Below the pieces are notes generated by a model. The model saw only the letters and a list, made by a program, of their open reading frames with translations, did no database searches and was not told the DNA's origin. Position numbers and translations under genes: made by a program. From Candidatus Bathyarchaeota archaeon (GTDB taxonomy: Archaea > Thermoproteota > Bathyarchaeia > Bathyarchaeales > Bathycorpusculaceae), in assembly GCA_963717465.1 (NCBI GenBank), contig OY970340.1:1664001-1728000 (forward strand): DNA of 64,000 bases, given 5' to 3'. The first letter of the stretch is position 1. Each line of letters starts with the position of its first letter. Shown in pieces: positions 20,230-31,033 of the stretch.

Positions 20230-21481
20230 ATGAAGTACAAAACAATCTGCGAATCATGTCACGAAACACTCAAACCCCAAGTCGGCTTAAGCTCCACCTG
20301 CCCAAACGAATGCAGCTCACTTGCAAAGAACATCTTTACAACAGAAAAAATAACGCTTCGAGATTTGCCTGGGGTTTGGCGGTATCTGGATTGGCTTCCA
20401 GTTAACAAACCGTCAAGTTATGACGGCAAGAGTGTCACTTACAAAAGCAAAAAATTATCTAAGGAGCTTGGACTAAAAAACCTCTATGTGACGTTTACTG
20501 GTTACTGGCCTGAAATTGGTGCCCGTGTGAAGACTTGCACTTTTAAGGAGCTTGAAACTGCCGTCGGAATTCAATATGCCAAGGAGCAGGGTGCGTCTCA
20601 CTTAATCATTGCCTCGGCTGGGAGTACAGCCAACGCTTATGCCTATCTTGGCTCAATTGAAAAAATTAGCGTAGTCTTGGTGGTGCCTTCAAAGGTTGAA
20701 GATTGCCTTTGCGCGCCATTGGTTGATGGGAAATTCGTGAAAACCATTGCTGTGAAAGGGGAATATTCCGATGCTATTGCAGTTGCTCAAAGATTGGCTG
20801 GTTTGCCTAGTTTTGCTTATGATGCTGGAGGCAAAAGCCCTGTGAGAAGAGATGGGGCTGGCACGGTTATGCTTGAAGCCGTTGAAAAAATGAAGATTAT
20901 CCCTAGCCATTATTTTCAAGCGGTATCCAGCGGGGCAGGAGCAATAGCTGCTTTCGATGCGGTAGAAAGGCTTGCCAGAGATGGCAGGTTCGGTGCGTCA
21001 AAATTTAAACTTCACCTTTCCCAAAACGACCCGTTTATACCTGTTGTGAAAGCTTGGAAAGCAAAAAGGTGCATGATTGAAAAAACAGATGCGGAACCTG
21101 CGAATCCATTAGACGTCATTTACGCTAAGGTTCTCTCAAACAAGCAACCCTTATACGGGGTAAAAGGAGGCATGTTCGACGCTCTGCAGGCAACTTCTGG
21201 AGAAACGTATTCAGTGACAAATAAGCAAGCTCAAGATGCTCAAAAAATGTTCAGTCAACTGGAGGGAATCGATATTCATCCTGCAGCAGGAGTAGCGTTG
21301 GCTTCGTTAATTGATTCTGTTAATCAGGGAAAAGTAGGTTCAGAAGAAAACATCATGCTAAACATCACTGGCGGCGGATTTGAGCGAGCTTGAAAAGGAA
21401 CTTGGCACTCAGAAAATACCGTTCACCGCAAAAGTTGATAAGGATGCGTCGCTTGAGAAATTGAGGGATATTCTGCTTTGA
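20230..21481 (+). CDS. Cysteate synthase (ThrC-like PLP enzyme, CoM biosynthesis); frameshift near C-terminus (~21389)
   Basis: F.GYWPE.GA...TCTFKELE, ASAGST, RRDGAGTVM, YFQAVSSG, LHLSQN.PF, VLSN..P.Y, LNITGGG; adjacent to comDE. Confidence 0.88.
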
Positions 21482-22602
21482 ACGTCTTTGCAGAAATTTC
21501 TCAGATTCTTAAAGACTCAGGCGTAAACTTCTTCGCCATCCATCCATGCGAAAAAGTTGCCGGATTGTACAATTTAATCTCTAAAGATTTTAAGCATGTT
21601 TCTTTGGCAAAAGAAGAAGAAGGAGTAGGAATATGCGCAGGAGCATTTCTTGCAGGCGCAAAACCTGCAATGCTTATCCAAAGCTCAGGTCTTGGAAACA
21701 TGCCCAACGCGTTATGCTCTCTTACTCAAACTTACCAGATGCCCTTACTGGTTCTGGCAAGCTGGAGAGGCATATACCAAGAAGGTATCGTAGCCCAAAT
21801 TCCTCTTGGAAAAAGCATTCCCAAACTGCTTGAAGCAATCAACGTAAATTACACAATCATAGAAGACAGCGATAACCTCCCATTAATCGCCAATGCTGCA
21901 AACGAATGCTACCAACAAAATAAGGCGCATGTAGTTCTTTTAAGCCCTAAACTATCGGCTCAACAAGAAAAAATTCCTTATGACGCCACCTGCACAAACC
22001 GCAAACAGACAATTTCATTCAGAAAAACCACATTTGCTAAACCGGTTTTGACAAGATTCGAAATCTTACAGTGCATTGCTCCATTCCTCAAGGATAAAAT
22101 TGTGGTGTGCAATCTTGGCATTCCCAGCAAAGAATTGTATTCGATTTGTCATCAGAAATCAAACTTTTACATGCTTGGAAGCATGGGCTTAGCCTCATCA
22201 ATTGGACTTGGCTTATCATTGTTTACTCCAAAAGAAGTCGTTGTAATCGATGGGGATGGAAGCTTGCTAGCAAACCTTGGAACCCTCTCAACTATAGCCA
22301 AAGAGAAACCTAAGAACTTGACCATTATAGCAATTGATAACGGTGCTCACGGTTCAACCGGCAACCAGCCTACAGCAACAGCAAGCTGTGTGGACTTAGA
22401 AAAAGTAGCCCGAGCGTCAGGCTTTAAAAAAACCTGCAAAGAGGCAAACCCAAAACGACTGCTGCCTACCTTACAGAAAGTGGGTTCAGGACCGAATTTT
22501 GTACACTTACTTGCAAAACCTGGAAATTCCACTGTGCCAAACGTGCCCTTAACGCCAGAAGAAATAAAACGCAATGTGCAAGAGGCTATTTTGCGTGGAT
22601 AA
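21478..22602 (+). CDS. comDE: Sulfopyruvate decarboxylase, fused alpha/beta
   Basis: PCEK, EEEGVGICAG, QSSGLGN, NLGIPSKEL, NFYMLGSMG, DGDGS, DNGAHGSTGNQ. Confidence 0.9.
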   Translation: MNVFAEISQILKDSGVNFFAIHPCEKVAGLYNLISKDFKHVSLAKEEEGVGICAGAFLAGAKPAMLIQSSGLGNMPNALCSLTQTYQMPLLVLASWRGIYQEGIVAQIPLGKSIPKLLEAINVNYTIIEDSDNLPLIANAANECYQQNKAHVVLLSPKLSAQQEKIPYDATCTNRKQTISFRKTTFAKPVLTRFEILQCIAPFLKDKIVVCNLGIPSKELYSICHQKSNFYMLGSMGLASSIGLGLSLFTPKEVVVIDGDGSLLANLGTLSTIAKEKPKNLTIIAIDNGAHGSTGNQPTATASCVDLEKVARASGFKKTCKEANPKRLLPTLQKVGSGPNFVHLLAKPGNSTVPNVPLTPEEIKRNVQEAILRG

Positions 22603-23572
22603 GGTTCGAATTGGGCATTTAACAACTTCCTATCATACTGCTTTGATTATTATGGGAGCCGGCTGGGTTGAGAAAGAAATCGGCGTAAAACCTGAATGGC
22701 GACTGTTTCCAACTGGTCCTGAAATGATAAAAGCGTTTTCCAGAGACGAATTGGATATTGGCTATGTTGGGCTTCCTCCGGCAATGATTGGCATAACAAA
22801 AGGAATTCCACTAAAATGCATTGCAGGCGGGCATATGGAAGGCACCGTCATGACCGGTAAAGAAAACTTGAGATCGTATCAGGAAACAGGAAGCATCAAG
22901 AAAACTCTTGAGCAATTAAAAGGCAAAACCGTGGGGACACCGTCAAAAGGTTCAATCCACGATGTAATACTGCGTACCATTCTTGACGAGTCTAATCTTT
23001 CACAGAACGTATTAGTTAGAAATTTTGATTGGGCGGACATGATACTTGATGCGATGGAAAATGATGAGGTACAAGCCGCAGTTGGTACTCCTCCACTTGC
23101 AGTTTTAGCTTCCAAATCATTAGGTGCCAAAATAATACTTCCGCCTTCTGTGCTTTGGCCCCATAACCCAAGCTATGGAATCATAACGACAAAGACAATG
23201 ATTGATAATTCTACTGAAACGTTAAGAAAGTTTTTGATTTTACATGAAAAAGCATCTAATCTGATCAGAGAAGAGCCGCATAAAGCTGCCAAAATAGTCG
23301 CAAACACCGTTAAGCTCATGGATGAAGACTTTGTTTTCCAAGTTTACAAGGTTTCTCCGAAATATTGTGCGAGTCTTTCCCCAGAATACGTGCAGTCCAC
23401 GATGGCATTTGTTCCAGTCCTTCAAAGAATGCAATATATCAGCGGCAAGATAACTGAGGAGCAAGTTTTCTGCAAAGAATTAATTAAAAGAGTGCATACA
23501 GAGTCAGCCGCATTACGATTTCCCGTTAATGCTTGCCAAATGATTCTAGTCAAGCATTTTTCTCTGAATTAA
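22595..23572 (+). CDS. NitT/TauT (NMT1/THI5-like) substrate-binding-fold protein without signal peptide; possible C-terminal frameshift
   Basis: RIGHLTTSYHT, TGPEM, DIGYVGLPP, GSIHDVIL, SPKYCA; overlaps comDE stop. Confidence 0.75.
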   Translation: MDKVRIGHLTTSYHTALIIMGAGWVEKEIGVKPEWRLFPTGPEMIKAFSRDELDIGYVGLPPAMIGITKGIPLKCIAGGHMEGTVMTGKENLRSYQETGSIKKTLEQLKGKTVGTPSKGSIHDVILRTILDESNLSQNVLVRNFDWADMILDAMENDEVQAAVGTPPLAVLASKSLGAKIILPPSVLWPHNPSYGIITTKTMIDNSTETLRKFLILHEKASNLIREEPHKAAKIVANTVKLMDEDFVFQVYKVSPKYCASLSPEYVQSTMAFVPVLQRMQYISGKITEEQVFCKELIKRVHTESAALRFPVNACQMILVKHFSLN

Positions 23573-23601
23573 CGTAGTGCCCATAATCTGTTTTGCTATA
23601 A

Positions 23602-24162
23602 CTATCTTGAGATGTGTATGCTTCTAATTTCTGGTGATAGTTCAGCAAAGTCGTCATCGCCAACGTGAAATACTGGTTTAAACTTTGCAATGTTACAATT
23701 TGGTGAAAAAGCTCCTTTTGTTGTGTAGGCTGCTAAAACTTCACCAACTACAATTATGTGATCCCCAGCAGGAATCTTGTTCACTACTTTGCATTCCAGA
23801 TGAGCAAAGCATTCGTTTATGATTGGCGCTTTTACTTTCTTTGAAACGCCTGGTGTTAATTTTGATTCTTTAAATTTATCATGATTTCTTCCTGAAACTC
23901 TTCCACATAAAAGCGTCTCTTTGACAAAGTCCATGGATGGAACATTCACTACGAACTCTCCTGTTTCCTCAATCATTTTGGTAGAGCAATGGGTAGGTCT
24001 AAGACTGGCTGCCACTAGCGGCGGCACGTAAGAAACAGGCATTGACCAAGCGACAGTGACTATATCCGTTTTGCCCTCCTTATTGGCACATGATATGAGA
24101 ACAGTATGGCGAGGATGCAAAAGCCGACAGCTCATGCCAAGATCAAAATCCACTTTTTCCAT
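23602..24162 (-). CDS. Flavin reductase-like (flavoredoxin) protein
   Basis: VAWSMPVS..PP, GEFVVNVP, CG.VSGR..DKF, LECKV, GDH.I.VGEV. Confidence 0.85.
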   Translation of the reverse strand: MEKVDFDLGMSCRLLHPRHTVLISCANKEGKTDIVTVAWSMPVSYVPPLVAASLRPTHCSTKMIEETGEFVVNVPSMDFVKETLLCGRVSGRNHDKFKESKLTPGVSKKVKAPIINECFAHLECKVVNKIPAGDHIIVVGEVLAAYTTKGAFSPNCNIAKFKPVFHVGDDDFAELSPEIRSIHISR

Positions 24163-24374
24163 ATTCAACAAGCTAACCCTCAAACCTTAATTTTAATTAG
24201 CCATAAATAAAATTTGTTAAAAATTAGACCGTGAAAAGCAAGAATTACGTGCTTCTATTAAAGAAAAGGTTAGTTTCTTGTGCAACTAATGAAGGTTTTT
24301 TAAGTTGACTCTTTTTATTCATACCAAATTTCAAATTCGTCCAATCAAAAACCTCATAGTTGTGAAATTTAACA

Positions 24375-25200
24375 ATGACAAATGAATGGCGTCTTTTAGA
24401 TTCTGATCTTGTTGACCCAATAACTGGCGTCGCCACGGTTGAAGCCGTCGGAATAGCTAGATCAAAAAACTTGGTTCCGAATACAATAATTTTTTGGCGA
24501 CCGAAAACACGTTTTGTTTGTTTAGGTTACTTTCAGTACGTGAAAGATGAAGTTTACCCAGAAATATGCGAAAAACTCGGTGTAAAAATTGCTCGCAGAA
24601 TTCTCGGAGGCGGAATGGGTTACGTGGATCAAAACCAACTTTTGTACGATGTTGTAATGGGTTCAGAATACAAGGTAACTCCAGTCGCTTCTAGCATTGA
24701 ACGAATGTACAAGCACGTTTTAAGCGGAGTAATTCAAGGCTTAAGAGAACTCGGTTTCACAGATGTACTTCTAATGCCTGATTATAACTCTGCTATTTGG
24801 TTAAACGGCAAGAAAGTCTCTGGAAATTGTGCAACCAGCTTAACTGGAGCCCAAATAGTTGGCGGCAGTCTGCTTGTAGATTTCGATTTCGAAATGCTCG
24901 AAAAAGTCAGTAGAAATCCATACAAGAAGTCTCAAGTCAGGCATAACTTCACTTGAAGAAGGTTTAACATGTATTAACCGAGAAAGCAAAAAAAATGTCA
25001 GCTTAAAGAATGTAAAAGTTGCCGTTAAAACTGGCTTTGAAAAAGCTCTGAACATAAAATTGAAGCATGGAGCCCTAATCAAAGAAGAAGAAGATTTAAT
25101 CAATGAATTAGAGCCAAAGTTTTCTTCCAAAGAATGGACTTATCATATGGACATCAAGAGCCAAAAATTGATGCCGTACCCAGAAACTGGAGAGACATAA
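24375..25200 (+). CDS. lplA: Lipoate/octanoate-protein ligase catalytic domain (no accessory domain); frameshift ~24930
   Basis: WRLLD, LGYFQ, RRILGGGMGY.D, NGKKVSG; downstream frame continues to TAA at 25200. Confidence 0.82.
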
Positions 25201-25211
25201 TCTGACCAAAC

Positions 25212-26244
25212 TTGACAGAATTGCAAGAAAAAGCATTCAACGATGAAGCCATATCAAAAAATGAAGCAGACGTAATTTTACATCTTTCAGATGAACGGCA
25301 AATATCAGATTTAATCAAGCTCACAAGAGCCGTGTCTGATAAGCAAAATGGGAAAAGAATTAATTTTTACTATACAGGGAATTATTTTCCTGCATTATCT
25401 GTGACAGGCAGCAATTGTGCGCTTGCGATGTAAACACTGCGAAACCAAGCTCTTGCAGCAATTACCTGCAGCCCCAACGCCGCAAAAACTATGTTGAAAT
25501 GTGCTTAAAACTAAATGAAAAGGGTGCAAAAGGTGTTCTGATCACTGGCGGCTGCTCAAGTAATGGTAAGGTTCCTATCAGTAAATTTCTCGACGCTATA
25601 TCAGAAATTAAGAAGAAGACTAGTCTTATCGTTATAGCGCACACGGGAATTCTTGAAACAAAGGAAGCCAAGGAACTTGTTAATGCAGGATTGGATGGAG
25701 CAGCTGTAGACGTTGTTGGATTGCCTGAAACAATCAACTCCGTTTATTGCGCAGAATTCAAGCCAGAAGATTATGCTAATACTCTTAGAGCTCTTGGAAA
25801 CAGCTAAGATGCCAATAATATCTCCCCATGTTTGTGTAGGGCTCAATTTTGGCAGTCTCAAACATGAATTAGACTCATTAAGCATAATTGCAAAAATTAA
25901 ACCTACAACCGTCGTGATCACCGCTATTTTGCCTCTAAGAGGAACGCCCATGGAAAAAGTAAGAGTAGCAGCCTTTGATGTTGCCAAAGTTGTTATCGCT
26001 GCTAAACTAATGTTCCCCAATATTCCAATAACTCTAGGTTGTGCAAGATCAAAAGGTCCAGATAGAGAACATATAGAGAAACTTGCAATTCACGCAGGAG
26101 TAACTAACGTAGCCGTCCCCTCCGAATCAGCCATCAAAGAAGCAGAATCTATAGGGCTCAAAATTACTAGCTTATGGTGCTTGTTGTGCGGTTCCTCCGC
26201 TTGCTTCTCTTAAACTTGAAAAATGGAGAACTGTTGACGCATGA
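25212..26244 (+). CDS. lipS1: LipS1-type radical SAM lipoyl synthase, copy A (several frameshifts)
   Basis: SVTG..CAL.CKHC, LITGGC, HTG, PHVCVGL, LGCAR motif and terminal CC (YGACCAVP) after correction. Confidence 0.8.
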
Positions 26245-27254
26245 CTTCATCGCCAGTAGAAAAAATCCGGTTGTCAATTGGGACTGCAGTGATTTTAGGT
26301 CTTGAAATAGCTTTTATGAATAAGGATAATGCACCTACAACCGCCTACTTGCAGACTTATCATCCTGGCAGATGTGCAGCTAACTGCAAATTCTGTGCGC
26401 AGGCAAGAGATTCCGATGCGAAAGTTGACAAGATCGCCCGTGGATTGTACTTGCCCTACGATGCGGAGTTAGTAATTACTCGACTGAAAAAAGCAACTGA
26501 ACGCAAATTCATCAAAAGAATATGCATACAAACCATGAACTACCCTAAACTCATGGATGAACTACTCTGGCTCATCAAAAGGTTAAGCAGTGAAGTTTCA
26601 GCACCAATATCAGTATCAATTTACTCAATTTCACCCGAGAAAATCAGGCTTATAAAAGAAGCGGGCGCTCAAAAAATGATAATTCCATTGGATGCGGCGA
26701 ACGAAAAAATATTTGATGAAATTAAAGGCGCCAAAACTGCGGGTCCATACAGGTGGAAAAGCCACTTTTCAACCCTTGAAAATGCCCTTCAAATCATGGG
26801 CAAAGGAAACGTTGGAACACATCTAATGGTTGGCTTAGGCGAAACTGAAGAGGAAATAGTTAATTTGCTTGAAAAACTCGAAGAAATGGGCATCTACTGC
26901 GGACTTTTCGCTTTTACTCCCATCCCTGGAACTCAACTGGAAAAAATGGAGTCTCCTTCAATCGAGAGTTATCGCCGAATAAAACTCGCAAACTACTTAA
27001 TTTACAACAATTTAACCGAAGTCAACAAAATACGTTTTAATGAAACGGGAGAAATCGTTGATTTTGGAATAAAACAAGAAGAATTGGACAAAGCCATGGC
27101 GAAAGGTGAACCTTTCCTTACTTCAGGCTGCCCAGATTGCAACAGGCCGTTCGCAAACGAGGCTCCTGAAAAAACAATTTACAATTATCCCAATCTTCCA
27201 AAAAAAGTGGATCTTGGAAAAATCAAGAAACAGATAAAAAACAGTGGGATTTGA
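26241..27254 (+). CDS. lipS2: LipS2-type radical SAM lipoyl synthase
   Basis: IRLSIGTA, PTTAYL, CAANCKFCAQAR, HLMVGLGETE, FAFTP, TSGCPDCNRP. Confidence 0.88.
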   Translation: MTSSPVEKIRLSIGTAVILGLEIAFMNKDNAPTTAYLQTYHPGRCAANCKFCAQARDSDAKVDKIARGLYLPYDAELVITRLKKATERKFIKRICIQTMNYPKLMDELLWLIKRLSSEVSAPISVSIYSISPEKIRLIKEAGAQKMIIPLDAANEKIFDEIKGAKTAGPYRWKSHFSTLENALQIMGKGNVGTHLMVGLGETEEEIVNLLEKLEEMGIYCGLFAFTPIPGTQLEKMESPSIESYRRIKLANYLIYNNLTEVNKIRFNETGEIVDFGIKQEELDKAMAKGEPFLTSGCPDCNRPFANEAPEKTIYNYPNLPKKVDLGKIKKQIKNSGI

Positions 27255-27258
27255 AGAA

Positions 27259-28204
27259 ATGAGCCAAGAAGATTTTGTTCCAGTGGCTGGAGGTTTTGGA
27301 GTAAAAATCCATGCTCCAAGCGATGGCTGCATTGCATTCTGCAATAGTCCTTTCCCAGCGCACCGAGAATCCAGCGCTTTAGATATTTATCCAGCTGACG
27401 CAAAATTCGGAGATGAAGTTTCTTGTCCAGTAAACGGAATCGTCAAAGAGACACGGAAGTTTTCTTCACCCAATCTTTTTCCTGACAAGCCACCACTTGA
27501 TGAGTACTTGATTCTTATTGAGTCTGCTGATAATCCTGAGGTATACGTAAAAATCATTCATGCTCATCCGAAAGTTAGAAAAGGTGAAAAGGTTAACGTC
27601 GGGGATACTTTGGCGGTGTTAGTGCGCAGCGGTTACTGGGCTTATTCGGTTGACCCTCACATCCATGTGGAACTTCGCAATCCAAAAGATGCAATTAGAG
27701 CTTTAGGGTCCTATCCTCTGGAAGTATTAAACTCTCCAGAAAAAAAATGCGAAATAAGAGAACACGATAGAGAGTGATGTCTTAGGCGTTGTTGTTAAAG
27801 TGGAAAAGCGTTATGCAATTGTTCGCCCAAATCCTGAGAATTGGGTTAACAATCGGCAATTTTTCAGGTTTAGCAGCAAACTGTTGGAAACTGTGTTGGC
27901 ATTCTTGACGGAGGCTTACCATTTATGGGTTACGGAGGCGTTATAGGAACTGAAAAAGGCACGATTGCAGATGCTCCAGTAATCTTAAGTGGGAAAACTA
28001 TCGGAAGAATAACTACAAGCTTGGAGGGGCTGTCTAAATTTGAAACAGTTCCCTTCAAAGTCAAAGCAGGCACCTGTTCGGATGACTTGGGGATTTCTCT
28101 TAAGGTTTTTGTTGGGAAAACAACGAGAAATAAAACTTGTTCCAGCAAAAAACAATCAAATCAACGTTAAAGAGGACGATGTTGTAACAATAAAAAAGGA
28201 TTAA
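27259..28204 (+). CDS. M23/LytM-like metallopeptidase-fold protein (frameshifted)
   Basis: SPFPAH....ALDIY, PV.GIV, KIIHA.P.V.KGEKV.VGD.L, PHIHVE; C-terminal half split over several frames. Confidence 0.65.
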
Positions 28205-28256
28205 AATATGAATAAAACAATCAATGCACAACTTTCAGTTATTGGAGTGAATTTGT

Positions 28257-28704
28257 TTGGTTAAAATTGAAGGATTCAGTTTCCCGGAAAAACTCTATTA
28301 TAGCGAAGATCACCTTTGGATAAAACTTAAGGGAAATGAGGCGACAGTTGGCTTTACAAGTCTTGGAGAGGCCTTATGCAAAGAAATTGTGCATGTCGAT
28401 TTGCCTTTTGAAGGTGACGAAAAAAAGCAAGAGTGAAGAAATCGGTTCTTTCGAAAGCATTAAAGCAGTGTTTCGAATCCATGCGCCATTAAGCGGAAAA
28501 GTTACAAAAACAAACAATGACTTGTATCAGCAACCTGATTTGATAAACGAAGCTCCGTATGGAAAAGGTTGGTTATTTGTAATGGCTGCAACCGATCCGA
28601 AAGGTGAATTAAAGAAGCTAATGGATGCAAAAAAAGCAACTGCATACTACAAAGTTATTATCGATGAGGAACGAGCAAAATTCGGCGAGTACGATGAACC
28701 CTGA
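28257..28704 (+). CDS. gcvH: GcvH/LbpA-like lipoyl-carrier protein (frameshift ~28430)
   Basis: MVKIEGFSFPEKLYYSEDHLW, VGFT, ESIKA lipoyl-lysine motif, APLSGKV, PDLINEAPYGKGW. Confidence 0.88.
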
Positions 28705-28721
28705 ATACCTAAACTTTAGCT

Positions 28722-29752
28722 ATGGAGTTCTCTGAATTTTTGGAAAAGCAAGAATTAAATAATATTTTAGATAAGGCCCTTACCAGACCAATTACTGGCC
28801 AAGAAGCGCAAAAACTGTTATTGATTGATAAAGTTCAGCTTCCAGAATTATTATCGACATCACGGATTGTTTCAGACAAAAAAACCGACAAAACGCTGAC
28901 TGTTTATCACAAAGCGTTTCAACCCGTATCAATAACAGGACGAACTTGTGCTTTAAACTGTAAACATTGCAGTCAACATTATTTAGAGCACATGATTCCT
29001 GCAAGTAATCCTGAAAAACTGCTTACAAATCTGCAAGAATCTTAAGGCAAATCACGCGCCAGGTGTTCTTTTAAGTGGAGGTAGCAGAAAAGATGGAACC
29101 GTTCCATTAGACGAATTTGCGCATACAATAAGTTTGATCAAGAAAGAAACAGGCTTACTAATTTCTGCTCACACAGGTCCAATAAATTATGAAAATGCCA
29201 AAATCCTAGTTGAAGCCGGATTAGATATTGCTTTGCTTGATGTTGTAGGTTCAGCAGAAACCACAAAAAGCGTTTACGGCGTCAGTATAACTCCGGAGGA
29301 TTACCAAAAAACTTTAATGCTCTAAATGCTGCTGGTATCCCAAATATTTCTCCTCATATCTGTGTTGGGCTTCATTTTGGGAAACTTCTTGGAGAAGCAA
29401 AAGCTTTAGAGTTTAGTTTCACATGCCAAAGTGTCTACAATAGCCATAGTGGTGCTAATTCCAACAAAGGAAACGGCTATGGCTGAAGTTGATCCTTCTT
29501 CACCTGAGGACATAGCCAAAGTCATTGCAATCGCCAACTTGATGTTTCCAAAAACGCCTGTTTCGCTTGGTTGTGTGCGGCCTGGGAAAACTTTTCGTGC
29601 AAAGATTGATGAATTGGCAATCAAAGCTGGCATAGGAAAATTGGCGATTCCAACTGGAAATTCGCTTGAAGATTGCCCGAAGCGAAGGACTTAAAATTAA
29701 ATCTTTTGAGGATGTAATGTGCTGTTCAGTTGATGAATCTCAAATGAAATGA
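28722..29752 (+). CDS. lipS1: LipS1-type radical SAM lipoyl synthase, copy B (several frameshifts)
   Basis: SITGRTCALNCKHC, LLSGGS, HTG, PHICVGLHFG, LGCVRP, terminal MCCSV. Confidence 0.8.
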
Positions 29753-29869
29753 GTCTCTGCAACATTCTGATTTGAAATAGAGGAGTAGTGCCATCTTAAA
29801 CTAACTAAAAATTAAATATTTGGCTAATCAACCATTATAAAGCCTTAAAATCTGTTGAGTGTGTAATGC

Positions 29870-30926
29870 TTGGATAAATGGAGATTTATTGATTTAGACA
29901 CTACTGATCTTCCTTCTGTTCACGCTATAGAAGAAGCTATAGCTGAAGAAAAAATCGGAAATACACTATTACTATGGCGAGTAAACAAACCCGCTTTAAC
30001 GCATAGGCTATTTTCAGAACGTTTATGAGGAAATTGATGTTGAAAAAGCAAAAGAACTTGGCGTCCCATTTATAAGACGCATGGGCGGAGGCGGAACAGG
30101 TTATCTTACGCCAACTGTTTTAGCATATTCAATAATAGTCAGCGAAAAAAGCAATGTTATGCCTAAAAATGTTGAAGAAACATACGGTGTCATATGTAAC
30201 GGGGTGACGCTTGGTCTTAAGGAATTAGGGCTTGATGCAGTTCACGTGCCAATAAATGATGTTTTAATTGGCGGGAAAAAATTCTCTGGAAGTTCTCAGC
30301 ATAGAAGCTATGGAATGATTATCCAGCATGGATTCATAACTACAGAATTAGACCTTCCCACATTGGCCAAGTTGATTAAAGCTCCTAAAGAAAAGCTTCA
30401 GGATAAAGGCATAACCAAAATAGAAGATAGGATAACTTGGATTAACCGGGAAATTCAAAAAGCTGGAAGAGAACCGTTAAGTTTAGAGCAGATAAAGAAA
30501 GCGATTAGAACAGGATTTGAAAAAGCGCTTAAAGTCACTTTCCAGGATAGCAAACTTACGAAGCAGGAATTGGAAGCTGCAAAGAATTTTAAAGAAAGAT
30601 TTGAACTTGAAACATGGAACATCAATCCTAGACTATTCAAACGAGTCAACGCAGCATCAATTATTAAAGCACCTAAAGGCGTTATCAGAGTAAACGCGTA
30701 CGTTGCCAACGGTAAGATACTGGAGATAATGATAACCGGTGACTACATGATGCATCCTGTTGAAGCCATATCATCTCTTGAAGCTATGCTTACAGGAGCT
30801 AAAACTGATGAGCAAACAATACGAAAAATAGTGAATGAATTTTACGCTAAAGAGACAGTAATTACTCCTGGGGCTTCTCCGGATGATTTTGTAAAAGCAA
30901 TAATGAAGGCAAAGAAACCTTCCTGA
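29870..30926 (+). CDS. lplA: Lipoate-protein ligase with fused C-terminal accessory domain (Lpl(AB)); frameshift ~30000
   Basis: MDKWRFID, IGYFQ, RRMGGGGTGY, NDVLIGGKKFSG, C-term KAPKGVIRV...ITGDYMMHP. Confidence 0.85.
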
Positions 30927-31033
30927 ATTTTAAGAAGAACTTTAAAAATGATCATGCCTTTTATAAAAAAACTTTTAGAAGATACCTTAAAGACCTTTTT
31001 ACATAAAACTGTTAATTGGATGGGAGAAGCAAC

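Noticed and set aside
28257..28704. Complete glycine cleavage system
   Set aside because: Only the H-like protein is present in the window
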